Source of the DNA: Candidatus Saccharimonadota bacterium
GTDB lineage: Bacteria > Patescibacteriota > Saccharimonadia > Saccharimonadales > Saccharimonadaceae
Direction of reading: 5' to 3'
Length of the DNA: 32,000 nt
NCBI RefSeq assembly: GCF_025273655.1
Contig: NZ_CP045921.1
Coordinates: forward strand, 540,001 to 572,000
In this document: positions 16,524 through 24,314 of the stretch, in pieces
How the letters are laid out: each line of letters opens with the position of its first letter
How positions within the stretch are numbered: position 1 is the first letter of the stretch
The notes under the pieces: generated by a model
What the model was told of the DNA's origin: nothing
What the model saw: the letters and a program-made list of their open reading frames with translations, nothing else
Databases searched by the model: none
Program-made: the position numbers and the translations under genes

Positions 16524-16937
16524 CTAGGCCTCCTCTCGCTTGATGAACTTAGTTTTCACTGGTAGTTTGTGAGCTGCCAGGCGCATCGCCTCGCGAGCCA
16601 CTTCTTCTTCGACGCCCTTCATTTCGAACATGACGGTGCCGGCTTTTACCTTGGCTGCGAAGAATTCTGGGTTACCTTTGCCCATACCCATTTTGAGACC
16701 AACAGGTTTGCGGGTCACTGGAATATGTGGAAAGATACGAATCCAGATTTTACCGCCACGTTTGATGTAGCGGGTCATCGCCTGACGAGCAGACTCTATC
16801 TGGCGGCTGGTGATGTCGCTGTTTGACTGTGACTGCAGGGCATAATCGCCAAACGCGATGTAGTTACCGCGGGTTGCGCGGCCATCATTCTTGCCTTTAA
16901 ATGTCTTGCGGTACTTGGTTCGTTTCGGGAGTAGCAT
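16524..16937 (-). CDS. rplP: 50S ribosomal protein L16
   Basis: 137 aa beginning [11 protein letters not shown], with G.....G..FGDYAL. and ...R.FP..P.T.KP...RMG.GKG. Confidence 0.93.
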   Translation of the reverse strand: MLLPKRTKYRKTFKGKNDGRATRGNYIAFGDYALQSQSNSDITSRQIESARQAMTRYIKRGGKIWIRIFPHIPVTRKPVGLKMGMGKGNPEFFAAKVKAGTVMFEMKGVEEEVAREAMRLAAHKLPVKTKFIKREEA

Positions 16938-17575
16938 TATGCATCACTCCTTTCGCCTTTGTAGATCCACACCTTTACACCCACAATACCGACACCGGCA
17001 CATTCAGCACGAGCTGAATGGAAATCGATGTCCGCACGGAGTGTGTGAAGTGGCACAGAGCCTTCGATAATCTTTTCGCGGCGAGCCATCTCAGCATTGT
17101 TGAGACGACCAGCAACCTCGATACGAATACCTTTGGCACCGGCATTGATAGTGTTTTGCGCAGCCATCTTGGTGGCGCGGCGGAAGTTGATACGGCGCTC
17201 AAGCTGACGAGCGATGTTCTCGGCGACGAGTTTCGCAGACAGCTCAGGACGTTTCACTTCTTCGATATTGATACGTACCGGCAGGCTCGCGATTTTCTCA
17301 AGCTGAGTCTTGAGCTCCTGTACGCCAGCACCGCCACGACCGATCACAACACCAGCTTTGGCGGTGTGAATCGTCACAGTCACTTGGTTAGCAGAACGCT
17401 CGATCTCGATACGATCGATAGTTGGGCGAGACGCAAATTTCTTTTCGATTACTTCGCGAATCTGGATGTCTTCTGCGAGCCACTTACTGAAATCACGCTT
17501 GTTGGCAAACCAGCGAGAATCCCAGTTTTTGTGCACTTGCAGACGGAAGCTGATTGGGTTAACTTTCTGTCCCAT
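16937..17575 (-). CDS. rpsC: 30S ribosomal protein S3
   Basis: 212 aa beginning [11 protein letters not shown], with a KH domain GVVIGRGG. Confidence 0.93.
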   Translation of the reverse strand: MGQKVNPISFRLQVHKNWDSRWFANKRDFSKWLAEDIQIREVIEKKFASRPTIDRIEIERSANQVTVTIHTAKAGVVIGRGGAGVQELKTQLEKIASLPVRINIEEVKRPELSAKLVAENIARQLERRINFRRATKMAAQNTINAGAKGIRIEVAGRLNNAEMARREKIIEGSVPLHTLRADIDFHSARAECAGVGIVGVKVWIYKGERSDA

Positions 17576-17577
17576 GT

Positions 17578-17994
17578 CTACTTCTCCTCTTCTTTCTTAG
17601 CTGGTTTTGCAGCCTCAGCCTTTTTCGTAGCAGGTTTCTTCTTGGCCTTTTCAACACCAGAAACTTCTACCAAAATATGACTTGTCTTCTTCTGAAACGG
17701 CAGCGCCATGCCACGCATATGTGGCTTGAAACGCTTGAGGCGAGGACCGGCAGTCACGCTCAGTGTCGTGATCTGGAGTGACTTCGCGTCAAGACCGTGG
17801 TTGTTAGTGGCGTTGGCAGCTGCAGATGCAATTGCTTTACGCACCGGAGTAGCTGAGCGGCGAGGTGTGTGCTCGAGAATCACGAGCGCGTCTGCCACAG
17901 AGCGGCCGCGCACCAGCGCAGCGACGACACTTACCTTGCGGGGTGTCAGGTCGATGCCTTTGATGTAGGCGCGAACTGTAAATGTCTCAGCCAT
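17578..17994 (-). CDS. rplV: 50S ribosomal protein L22 (Lys-rich C-terminal extension)
   Basis: 138 aa. SPRK...VA.LVRG..V..A...L and GP.LKR..P...G.A....K..SHI.V are present. The tail is KAKKKPATKKAEAAKPAKKEEEK. Confidence 0.9.
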   Translation of the reverse strand: MAETFTVRAYIKGIDLTPRKVSVVAALVRGRSVADALVILEHTPRRSATPVRKAIASAAANATNNHGLDAKSLQITTLSVTAGPRLKRFKPHMRGMALPFQKKTSHILVEVSGVEKAKKKPATKKAEAAKPAKKEEEK

Positions 17995-18260
17995 TATTTT
18001 TTATCCTTTCCACCGTGCTTGCGGAACTTGCGAGTTGGGCTAAACTCACCGAGTTTGTGACCAACCATGTTTTCCGTCACGAGCACAGGTACGTGGACGC
18101 GACCGTTATGTACGGCGATAGTACGACCCACCATGTCTGGTGTAATAGTACTTGCGCGAGCCCACGTCTTGATGACGGTACGATCATCTAGACCAAGCGC
18201 CGCAACTTTGCGCGCGAGCTTGAAGTCGACAAACGGACCCTTCTTCAGTGAACGACTCAT
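17994..18260 (-). CDS. rpsS: 30S ribosomal protein S19
   Basis: 88 aa beginning [12 protein letters not shown], with I.VHNG......V...[11 protein letters not shown]. Confidence 0.93.
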   Translation of the reverse strand: MSRSLKKGPFVDFKLARKVAALGLDDRTVIKTWARASTITPDMVGRTIAVHNGRVHVPVLVTENMVGHKLGEFSPTRKFRKHGGKDKK

Positions 18261-18263
18261 GTG

Positions 18264-19103
18264 TTACCTCTTCCTCTTCGCGTCATGGCGACTGCGGACG
18301 ATTAGTTTACCAGTATCTTTGCGACGTCGGGTACGGAAACCGAGTGTCAGTTGACCCCATGGTGTGCGTGGTGGTTTACCACTACCATGACGACCACCGT
18401 CACCACCACCATGTGGGTGATCTGCGGCGTTCATGACAACACCACGGACAGTTGGGCGAATACCTTTACGGCGTTTGCGACCAGCGCTACCGATTTTGAC
18501 GTTTTGGTGCTGGACGTTACCTACCACACCGATTGTTGCATCGTTTTCGAGGCGGACGCGGCGAACTTCACCAGATGGAAGCTTGATTTGTGCGTACTCG
18601 CCTTCTTTCGCCATGAGCTGAGCTTTTGCACCGGCACTTCGTACCATCTGCGCACCTTTGCCCTTGGTGATTTCGATTGCGTAAATCTGTGTACCGACAG
18701 GTATACGGCTGAGCGGCATACGGTTAGATGCTTCAATAGGAGCTTCTGCACCACTGGCAATTTTCTTGCCTTTTTGCATCTGAGTATCTGCAAGTACGTA
18801 GTGATAAAGACCATGCTGATCTTTAACGCGTGCGATACGAGCTGAGCGGTTTGGATCATATTCGATCTCTTCGATCGTCAGCTCCAGGCCTGCCGCCAAC
18901 TTATGGTCAAGTAGACGGTAGTGTCGCTTAACACCACCACCGCGGTGACGAGTCGTGATGCGACCCTGGTTGTTGCGTCCTGCGTTTTGTTTCTTTGACT
19001 TGATCAAGCTTTTGAGTGGTTTACGCGTGGTGATTTCACTCAAATCCTGAGATGTCATACCACGGCGTGCAGGAGTTGTAGGATTGTACTGCTGAATAGC
19101 CAT
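18264..19103 (-). CDS. rplB: 50S ribosomal protein L2
   Basis: 279 aa. GRNN.GRIT.RHRGGG.K and MN..DHPHGGG.G are L2 signatures. Confidence 0.95.
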   Translation of the reverse strand: MAIQQYNPTTPARRGMTSQDLSEITTRKPLKSLIKSKKQNAGRNNQGRITTRHRGGGVKRHYRLLDHKLAAGLELTIEEIEYDPNRSARIARVKDQHGLYHYVLADTQMQKGKKIASGAEAPIEASNRMPLSRIPVGTQIYAIEITKGKGAQMVRSAGAKAQLMAKEGEYAQIKLPSGEVRRVRLENDATIGVVGNVQHQNVKIGSAGRKRRKGIRPTVRGVVMNAADHPHGGGDGGRHGSGKPPRTPWGQLTLGFRTRRRKDTGKLIVRSRHDAKRKR

Positions 19104-19420
19104 TACTTCTTCTCCTCACTTTCTGCTGGCTGATCGAAGACCTGGATCGAGCTACCTTCGGCGAGCTTGACGTAGGCTTTCTTTGTATCTTTACGCTTAG
19201 TGGTACCAGGGTAGCGGTTTTTTCCACGAGAGAAACGAACTGCCTTGCCTTGTTGCACCAGCGTTTTGATGCCAGCAACCTTTACCTCGAACTGCGCTTC
19301 TACGGCTGCAGCGATCTGCTGCTTGTTGGCTGTGAGTGGCACATCGAAGATGTAAGTGTTTTTATCTGTAATCTGTGTGTACGCCTTTTCGGTTGGGCGT
19401 GGGATGATTAGGATCGACAT
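19103..19420 (-). CDS. rplW: 50S ribosomal protein L23
   Basis: Start trimmed to Met9 of the track ORF (cat at 19418-19420), which forms a TAATG overlap with the rplD stop. Contains I.RP..TEKA. Confidence 0.88.
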   Translation of the reverse strand: MSILIIPRPTEKAYTQITDKNTYIFDVPLTANKQQIAAAVEAQFEVKVAGIKTLVQQGKAVRFSRGKNRYPGTTKRKDTKKAYVKLAEGSSIQVFDQPAESEEKK

Positions 19421-20031
19421 TATGCTTCTCCTCCTACCAGCCATGCTTTGATCTGGTCGATAGCTTTGGCGCTGATCACGATATGATCGGCGTTGAGCAC
19501 GTCGTAGACATTGAGAAATGTCGGGCTGACCAATTTTACCTGCTGAACGTTACCGGTTGCACGGATCAACTCTGGAGTTTTTTCTGTGACAACCAAAACT
19601 TTACGTTCAAGTTTTTTGTCAGCGAGGTATTTCGCAACTTCGGCTGTTTTGCCAGTAGTCTTGATATCGTCGATAACAATCTTCTTGGCTTCGTTTGCAA
19701 GCGTAAGTGCTTGCTTTACAGCTACACGTTTTGAAGTCTTAGAAAGCTTCTTAGTGTAGTTTTCGTTGCCACGTGGACCAAATACAATACCACCAGTACG
19801 CCAGATAGGGTTGCGGGTGCTACCAAATCGTGCGCGGCCGGTACCTTTTTGCTTCCATGGCTTCTTACCACCACCGCTTACTTCGCCACGAGTTTTCGTG
19901 GTTGCGCTCGCGAGGCGGTTGTTTGCCAGATACGAATCGTACGCCAGCTTGAGTAGATCGTGGCTTGGCACTTCTACTGCGAAAACTTCTTTGGGCAAAG
20001 TCGTCTTCTTGGTTGTAGTGGTTTCTGCCAT
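19420..20031 (-). CDS. rplD: 50S ribosomal protein L4
   Basis: 203 aa. RGEVSGGGKKPWKQKGTGRAR.GS.R.P.W..GG..FGP is typical of L4. Confidence 0.9.
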   Translation of the reverse strand: MAETTTTKKTTLPKEVFAVEVPSHDLLKLAYDSYLANNRLASATTKTRGEVSGGGKKPWKQKGTGRARFGSTRNPIWRTGGIVFGPRGNENYTKKLSKTSKRVAVKQALTLANEAKKIVIDDIKTTGKTAEVAKYLADKKLERKVLVVTEKTPELIRATGNVQQVKLVSPTFLNVYDVLNADHIVISAKAIDQIKAWLVGGEA

Positions 20032-20645
20032 TACGCCTTACCTCCGATTACTACCAGACCCTTACGAGGGCCGGGTACTGCACCTTTGAGGCCGATGAGA
20101 TTGGTCTCGGCGTCGATGTACGCGACTGCCAAGTTTTTCACCGTCACTTGATCGTGACCCATGCGGCCAGGCATGCGCTTACCCTTGAAGACTTTTTGTG
20201 GGTACATCGAGCCGATTGAACCGACGCGACGCACATCACCGTTGCCACCGTGGGATTTTGCGCTTGTATTAAAGTTGTGTCGTTTTACCGTACCGGCAAA
20301 ACCTTTACCTTTTGATGTACCGGTTGCCTGGACGAGTTCACCCAGCTCAAACGTATTTACATCGATCGTATCCCCTACCTTGAGGCCTTCAGGTAGTTCA
20401 TTGACACGAAATTCCCGAATGTGCTTCGGAGTCACTTTGGCGGATTTTACATGTCCAGCCACGGCCTTGCTCAGGTTCTTACCCTCACCATATGCTACCT
20501 GAACTGCGTTGTAACCGTCGCTTTCGACAGTCTTCACCTGAGTCACAGTCACAGGGCCAGCTTGGATGAGTGTCACGGGTGTCACACGACCATCTTCGCC
20601 GATGATTTGGGTCATACCAATTTTGGTACCGAGAAGTGCTTTCAT
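20031..20645 (-). CDS. rplC: 50S ribosomal protein L3
   Basis: Start trimmed to MKALLGTKIGMTQI (cat at 20643-20645; alternative start at 20654), with GGGAGA 9 nt upstream. The upstream in-frame extension lies in the leader. Confidence 0.9.
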   Translation of the reverse strand: MKALLGTKIGMTQIIGEDGRVTPVTLIQAGPVTVTQVKTVESDGYNAVQVAYGEGKNLSKAVAGHVKSAKVTPKHIREFRVNELPEGLKVGDTIDVNTFELGELVQATGTSKGKGFAGTVKRHNFNTSAKSHGGNGDVRRVGSIGSMYPQKVFKGKRMPGRMGHDQVTVKNLAVAYIDAETNLIGLKGAVPGPRKGLVVIGGKA

Positions 20646-20775
20646 TGCCTTCATTCTCCCACTTAAAACCCTTGGTGGCCGACGGTTTCCCTGCTGCTTG
20701 GACTCCTCCACGCTCCGGGACCTTTCGATTCACCAAGGTCGCTTGCTATTGTTTGTACATAAAAGTAACCTTCTC

Positions 20776-20805
20776 ACTATAGCACGGAATAGGGGTGGGC
20801 GTCAA
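20776..20805 (-). promoter_or_regulatory. candidate promoter for the rplC-to-rpsH unit
   Basis: The minus strand reads TTGACG-18 nt-TATAGT. It lies about 125 nt upstream of the rplC ATG. Confidence 0.5.
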
Positions 20806-20839
20806 GAGACATTAGCTAAGTCACTAAGATGTGTCTTTA

Positions 20840-20868
20840 TTGACATTGTTATGTAAAAGTTGTAATAT
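20840..20868 (+). promoter_or_regulatory. candidate promoter (divergent from rplC promoter)
   Basis: TTGACA (20840-20845), a 17-nt spacer, then TAATAT (20863-20868). Confidence 0.55.
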
Positions 20869-20909
20869 ATATCTGCGATATGCACCCACACCTACGGAAG
20901 GCTGCAGTC

Positions 20910-21152
20910 ATGAAAGATCAAACCACACCACGCGCGACAACCCACGAGACCATCAAGCTCGACGAGCTAATTCAAGGGCTTGTCCGACAACTCGAAGCAA
21001 ACAAGATTCCGCTCGACGATGCTCTGCCGGCACTGCTTCTAGAGGCAATGGAGCATAACGAATCGCTCGGCGTTTTGTTTCGTCGACAAGCGGACACGAG
21101 CATGTACGACAGTCCGGCTTTCCAGGCGCTTCATCGTACGCGCTGCTGCTAA
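20910..21152 (+). CDS. hypothetical small protein (80 aa, mildly acidic, helical-looking, ends RTRCC)
   Basis: Start trimmed to the ATG at 20910, which has GGAAGG 8 nt upstream. The track start at 20880 lies only ~12 nt after the -10. No recognisable family. Confidence 0.4.
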   Translation: MKDQTTPRATTHETIKLDELIQGLVRQLEANKIPLDDALPALLLEAMEHNESLGVLFRRQADTSMYDSPAFQALHRTRCC

Positions 21153-21167
21153 GTGAGGAGTCTCTGA

Positions 21168-21317
21168 ATGATTTTCGGGTATAGACCCCTCGCGCAACAC
21201 ATACATGCCCTGCAACTTAGAATGCCGCGAGCAAAGACGAGCGGTAAACTGCCAAGGCACAACGATACGCGCATAGCGCGTCCGTTCGGACACATCCAAA
21301 GTGTCCGAAAGAAATAA
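21168..21317 (+). CDS. possible 49-aa strongly basic small ORF (may instead be structured non-coding RNA)
   Basis: Below the track cutoff. GAGGAG, 7 nt, then ATG. Translation: MIFGYRPLAQHIHALQLRMPRAKTSGKLPRHNDTRIARPFGHIQSVRKK. Its 3' half overlaps two hairpins at 21267-21281 and 21285-21309. Confidence 0.25.
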   Translation: MIFGYRPLAQHIHALQLRMPRAKTSGKLPRHNDTRIARPFGHIQSVRKK

Positions 21318-21333
21318 CGCCCCATACGGGTTC

Positions 21334-21384
21334 GAGAACCGCCCCACCAGGCTTGATCTCCCCGGTGGGGCGGTTCTCATTTTT
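21334..21384 (+). terminator. strong rho-independent terminator
   Basis: A 15-bp perfect GC-rich stem GAGAACCGCCCCACC/GGTGGGGCGGTTCTC (21334-21348 with 21364-21378), followed by ATTTTT. Confidence 0.75.
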
Positions 21385-21411
21385 GACATATTGATTTTTA
21401 GGTTTTACAAT
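21383..21411 (+). promoter_or_regulatory. near-consensus promoter for the Cys-rich ORF
   Basis: TTGACA (21383-21388), a 17-nt spacer, then TACAAT (21406-21411). The -35 overlaps the T-run of the preceding terminator. Confidence 0.6.
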
Positions 21412-21451
21412 AGCCTTTATCACGTGATCGCCACGTGAAGGAAGGAGCGCC

Positions 21452-21697
21452 ATGTGCGCCGATAAAAATCCGTGCGGCTCGCCGGACTTCTGTCTGGATG
21501 ACGGCGGATGCGCCTGCGGCATACCCGGCAACAGGGATCGAGTCAGTCCAAGAGTGACCCTCATCTATGGCCACGACACAGAAGAGCCAGCTTTTCTGTG
21601 TGCGAGCGGCAACGAGCGTTGCCCCACATTGCAAGCATGCGCGGAAGATCCCGACAACTGCATGCCCAATGTACCGCATATCCCGATAGTCCGGTGA
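21452..21697 (+). CDS. hypothetical Cys-rich small protein (81 aa, 9 Cys)
   Basis: SD gaAGGAGcgccATG. Cys at positions 2, 8, 14, 20, 22, 50, 57, 63 and 70. No signal peptide or TM helix. The frame choice rests on the promoter, SD and terminator context, because several other frames are open here. Confidence 0.45.
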   Translation: MCADKNPCGSPDFCLDDGGCACGIPGNRDRVSPRVTLIYGHDTEEPAFLCASGNERCPTLQACAEDPDNCMPNVPHIPIVR

Positions 21698-21710
21698 TGC
21701 ATAACTTCTC

Positions 21711-21750
21711 GTGCCGGAGGCTCGCTCGTATGAGCGATGACCTCCGGCAC
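21711..21750. terminator. convergent-gene hairpin (no U-tract)
   Basis: GTGCCGGAGG/CCTCCGGCAC (10 bp) plus an inner TCGCTC/GAGCGA (6 bp) with a GTAT loop. It lies between the Cys-rich ORF stop (21697) and the stop of the 576-aa gene (21777). Confidence 0.4.
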
Positions 21751-21776
21751 GATGATCAATTCCACCACTAGGGTAT

Positions 21777-23507
21777 TTATTGATTTCTGAGCTTTTCTAT
21801 TTCTTTTGTCAAATCGGCAATAGTCGCCCATGAACTTTTGTCTGTCATGATACTTAGCGCATACGTGCCGCTTGGGCTATATACAATCGCCGCATCGTGC
21901 AAGAGACCGTCCAAGAATCCGACTTTGTCGGCCACCTGTCCGCTCGCTCCTGCAGGGATACCTTGTCGATACACGTTACGTTTCAGTGCATCGAGAAAAC
22001 GTGCTTTGCTATCGGCATTCAGTGAAATCTGCCCGGTGGCGAGCGATGCCATAAACGTGCTCAGGTCTCCTGCTGTCGTCTTGTAGCTCTCCTTGTCGAG
22101 AAATGTTGTACTTGCGCTCACGATAGTTTGCGCGTCTTTCGTCAGTGGCGCATAGCCTATGCGAGCTACCAACGCCTCGGCACAGGCGTTGTCCGACTTC
22201 ACGATCATGTCGTCGAAGCACCTGGTGAGATCTCGACCGCCAGCCACCTGGTCGCTCCATTTGTACTCCCCTGATTCGATTCGCTTCAGTGTACTAAAGG
22301 CAACGTAGAGTTTATAGGTACTCGCAGTGGTGAATTTTTGCGTATCGTTATACGCGGCTCGGCGACGCTTACCGTCGAGCTCTACGAGCGACACACCGTA
22401 GACACCCGGGTGACTTTCTGCGTAGTTCTTCATGAGCGCAGAAAGACCAGTGTCGGTATTACTGTAGCTGCGCGCGTATTGCACTGTCGGCTGTACGAGT
22501 GCTTCGCCGAGTGGCACGGTTGCAGACTTAGCAAGCAGAAATTGCTTGAGATTCACATACGTCTTAGCTGTATCGAGCTGGCGACCCGTCTGGCCATCTT
22601 GGCGAGATACTTCTACAAAATCTTGGGTGGTTACTTTACTCACGCCTGCCTGCCTAGCAAGTGCGGCGCCGTATTTGTCTGTCAAATACTTGTCAGCTTG
22701 GGCCCCGTCAAATCGTATGTCAAACACATCTCCTTCAGTACTAAATGCCAACCATTCGCGAATCGTCTTGCTAGGCAGCATATCCGTCTTACTGTCGTAA
22801 GTAAGAGTTGCTGGCTGCGCCAGCTGATGGTTAAGAGTTGCAACAACGGGTTTCACCGTGTCTGCAGTAAGTTTGGCTGGCAGCGGGTCCATCGCAATGC
22901 GTGCGTTCGTCTGTGCAGTCAGAGTAGGGCTAACAGATTTAAGGGTTTTAGCGACATCTTGCCGCTGGCAGTTACCGCCATCCTCTTCTGCTACGACAAC
23001 GACCGAGTCGCCAGATACTTTAGCAGTAGCGTTGCGCGGCTCAACATGACACTCAGTACCAAACTGCTTCGTGAGATACGCATCGAGCTTTTTGTTATCT
23101 CGCGTATAGCTAGGTGCGCTAGGCTTGACCACCATATGCGACCAGAGAATCGAAGTAGGCACAAGACGAAGGTACCATGGATACGAGGCTTGTGCGACGC
23201 GCGAAGTATTGTCGACTCCGAGACCAAACTCAGCAAACTTTGGCTGGTACTGTGGAGTGGATGTCTTGCCAAAATAGAGTGCAAGTGTACGCTCGCTATA
23301 CTGCGAATCAAGCCGCTTCGCAGCCTGGTCAATGGTCACGGCGCCAAGTTGTTGACCATCTATTTGCTGCCAAGGCGCAAGTCTGTCGTACGGATACACA
23401 AGCTGCACGACGAGAAACAGACCCAAAATACCGGCCGGTACACCAATAGCAAGCTGCTTCTTGTGTGTCCGCAGCCACGCTCTCACCCCTCCCGTGCGAA
23501 TATTCAT
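21777..23507 (-). CDS. membrane-anchored serine hydrolase with C-terminal class A beta-lactamase-like domain
   Basis: 576 aa with one TM helix (residues ~19-38). The C-terminal ~220 aa carry S396-T-Y-K, S438-D-N, E473 followed by a KTTAGDL..FM segment, and K528-V-G. These correspond to the SxxK / SDN / omega-loop Glu / KTG motifs. The N-terminal ~340 aa are unassigned. Confidence 0.7.
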   Translation of the reverse strand: MNIRTGGVRAWLRTHKKQLAIGVPAGILGLFLVVQLVYPYDRLAPWQQIDGQQLGAVTIDQAAKRLDSQYSERTLALYFGKTSTPQYQPKFAEFGLGVDNTSRVAQASYPWYLRLVPTSILWSHMVVKPSAPSYTRDNKKLDAYLTKQFGTECHVEPRNATAKVSGDSVVVVAEEDGGNCQRQDVAKTLKSVSPTLTAQTNARIAMDPLPAKLTADTVKPVVATLNHQLAQPATLTYDSKTDMLPSKTIREWLAFSTEGDVFDIRFDGAQADKYLTDKYGAALARQAGVSKVTTQDFVEVSRQDGQTGRQLDTAKTYVNLKQFLLAKSATVPLGEALVQPTVQYARSYSNTDTGLSALMKNYAESHPGVYGVSLVELDGKRRRAAYNDTQKFTTASTYKLYVAFSTLKRIESGEYKWSDQVAGGRDLTRCFDDMIVKSDNACAEALVARIGYAPLTKDAQTIVSASTTFLDKESYKTTAGDLSTFMASLATGQISLNADSKARFLDALKRNVYRQGIPAGASGQVADKVGFLDGLLHDAAIVYSPSGTYALSIMTDKSSWATIADLTKEIEKLRNQ

Positions 23508-23528
23508 GGTATCCAGTATAGCAAACTA

Positions 23529-23882
23529 CTAGATGACGATGCCAGCGTTGAGGAAGAAGCCAATAATCGTCACGACCACGAGTACCGCATAGAGGATCTT
23601 ACGGTTAAACTGTGCGTGCTCAAGCCACGCGATTAGTACCAACGCAATCACCGCTCCAGCTGGAAATGCGCCGACAGGCAGCACGCCACCTATCATGACT
23701 GGATCTGCCAGACGTAGCCACATCAGACCGGCGAGTGTCACTACGACTAGCTTGAAGAGATATACACCATCTGGCTCGAAAACGTTTTCGAGACCTTTAC
23801 GGCTGACAACGGGGCGATTGCGAGCGTAGGTACGGGCTTTGTTGGATTTTTGTGTTGCCATAAGTACTTTGTAGTATAGCAT
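23529..23882 (-). CDS. hypothetical small integral membrane protein
   Basis: 117 aa (110 aa if it starts at the ATG at 23861). A basic N-terminus is followed by three hydrophobic segments. It ends 21 nt before the hydrolase start, so it is probably co-transcribed. Confidence 0.5.
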   Translation of the reverse strand: MLYYKVLMATQKSNKARTYARNRPVVSRKGLENVFEPDGVYLFKLVVVTLAGLMWLRLADPVMIGGVLPVGAFPAGAVIALVLIAWLEHAQFNRKILYAVLVVVTIIGFFLNAGIVI

Positions 23883-23883
23883 A

Positions 23884-23912
23884 TTGTAAGTTTTGTATAA
23901 ACATGATATAAT
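23884..23912 (+). promoter_or_regulatory. near-consensus extended -10 promoter
   Basis: TTGTAA (23884-23889), a 17-nt spacer, then TATAAT (23907-23912) preceded by TGA. This gives TGATATAAT, matching TGnTATAAT. Confidence 0.55.
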
Positions 23913-23951
23913 ATACTCCGTCCTACACCGACTACTGGGAGTACACTAATC

Positions 23952-24251
23952 ATGACTCTTGCGATCTTTATCATCAAGCCTGATGGCCGCGAGCTGCAAG
24001 TACCGATTGCCGAATCTGAGATTGGCAGCCGAGTCGTGGAAGTGACGCTTGACACAGAGACATTCCATATCTCGATGTCGGCACACACTTTTGTCCCTAC
24101 GGCTATCAACATCCGAGCCATGCGTGAAGGCATCGATGGCAGCCAAGTTTTCGGCATCAAGGTACCAAAACAGGTATTACGAGATGATTGTGCCTTTCGC
24201 GTTCATCTCACGTCCGGGACTGAAATCCATATCGCGCGGTCGAACATGTAG
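23952..24251 (+). CDS. hypothetical protein (99 aa, soluble, beta-rich looking)
   Basis: GGGAG lies 10 nt upstream of the ATG. The ORF is bracketed by a strong promoter and a terminator. No recognisable motif. Confidence 0.45.
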   Translation: MTLAIFIIKPDGRELQVPIAESEIGSRVVEVTLDTETFHISMSAHTFVPTAINIRAMREGIDGSQVFGIKVPKQVLRDDCAFRVHLTSGTEIHIARSNM

Positions 24252-24314
24252 CGACACGGCGAGGAGTCATACGACGATTGAGTCGCAAGGCTCTTCGTCG
24301 TTATGACGCCTACC

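Noticed and set aside
21328-21349. A tRNA/tmRNA-like 3' end, GGGTTCGAGAACCGCCCCACCA. It shows a T-loop-like GGTTCGA, a 7-nt acceptor-like strand and ACCA. A complementary GGGGTGG lies ~550 nt upstream at 20792.
   Set aside because: The T-loop would be 8 nt with only a 2-3 bp stem. No G3:U70 pair is possible, and there is no tag-ORF or TTCGAC 5' motif. The candidate 5' end lies upstream of the unit's own promoter, inside the rplC promoter. The segment is fully explained as the 5' arm of a 15-bp terminator stem.
21039-21831. Four overlapping minus-strand ORFs (21039-21389, 21217-21564, 21398-21679, 21565-21831) and the plus-strand ORF 21508-21771.
   Set aside because: They are open mainly because the segment is GC-rich. 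None has a promoter or SD. The terminator (U-tract on the plus strand only) and two consensus promoters all point to plus-strand transcription. They are kept only as a caveat on the frame choice for the Cys-rich ORF.
22338-23636. A 432-aa plus-strand ORF antisense to the 576-aa hydrolase gene. Similar long antisense ORFs occur at 17018-17680, 6608-7318, 8337-8903, 18351-18845, 1748-2299, 15492-15986, 30702-31130 and 31134-31649.
   Set aside because: I checked the frames, and each is in the exact codon-complementary frame of the sense gene. For example, 23507-22340 = 1167, which equals 3x389. In that frame, stops arise only from sense TTA, CTA or TCA codons, which these genes rarely use. The translations are Arg/Cys/Ser/Leu-rich and have no start signals. 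These are shadow ORFs.
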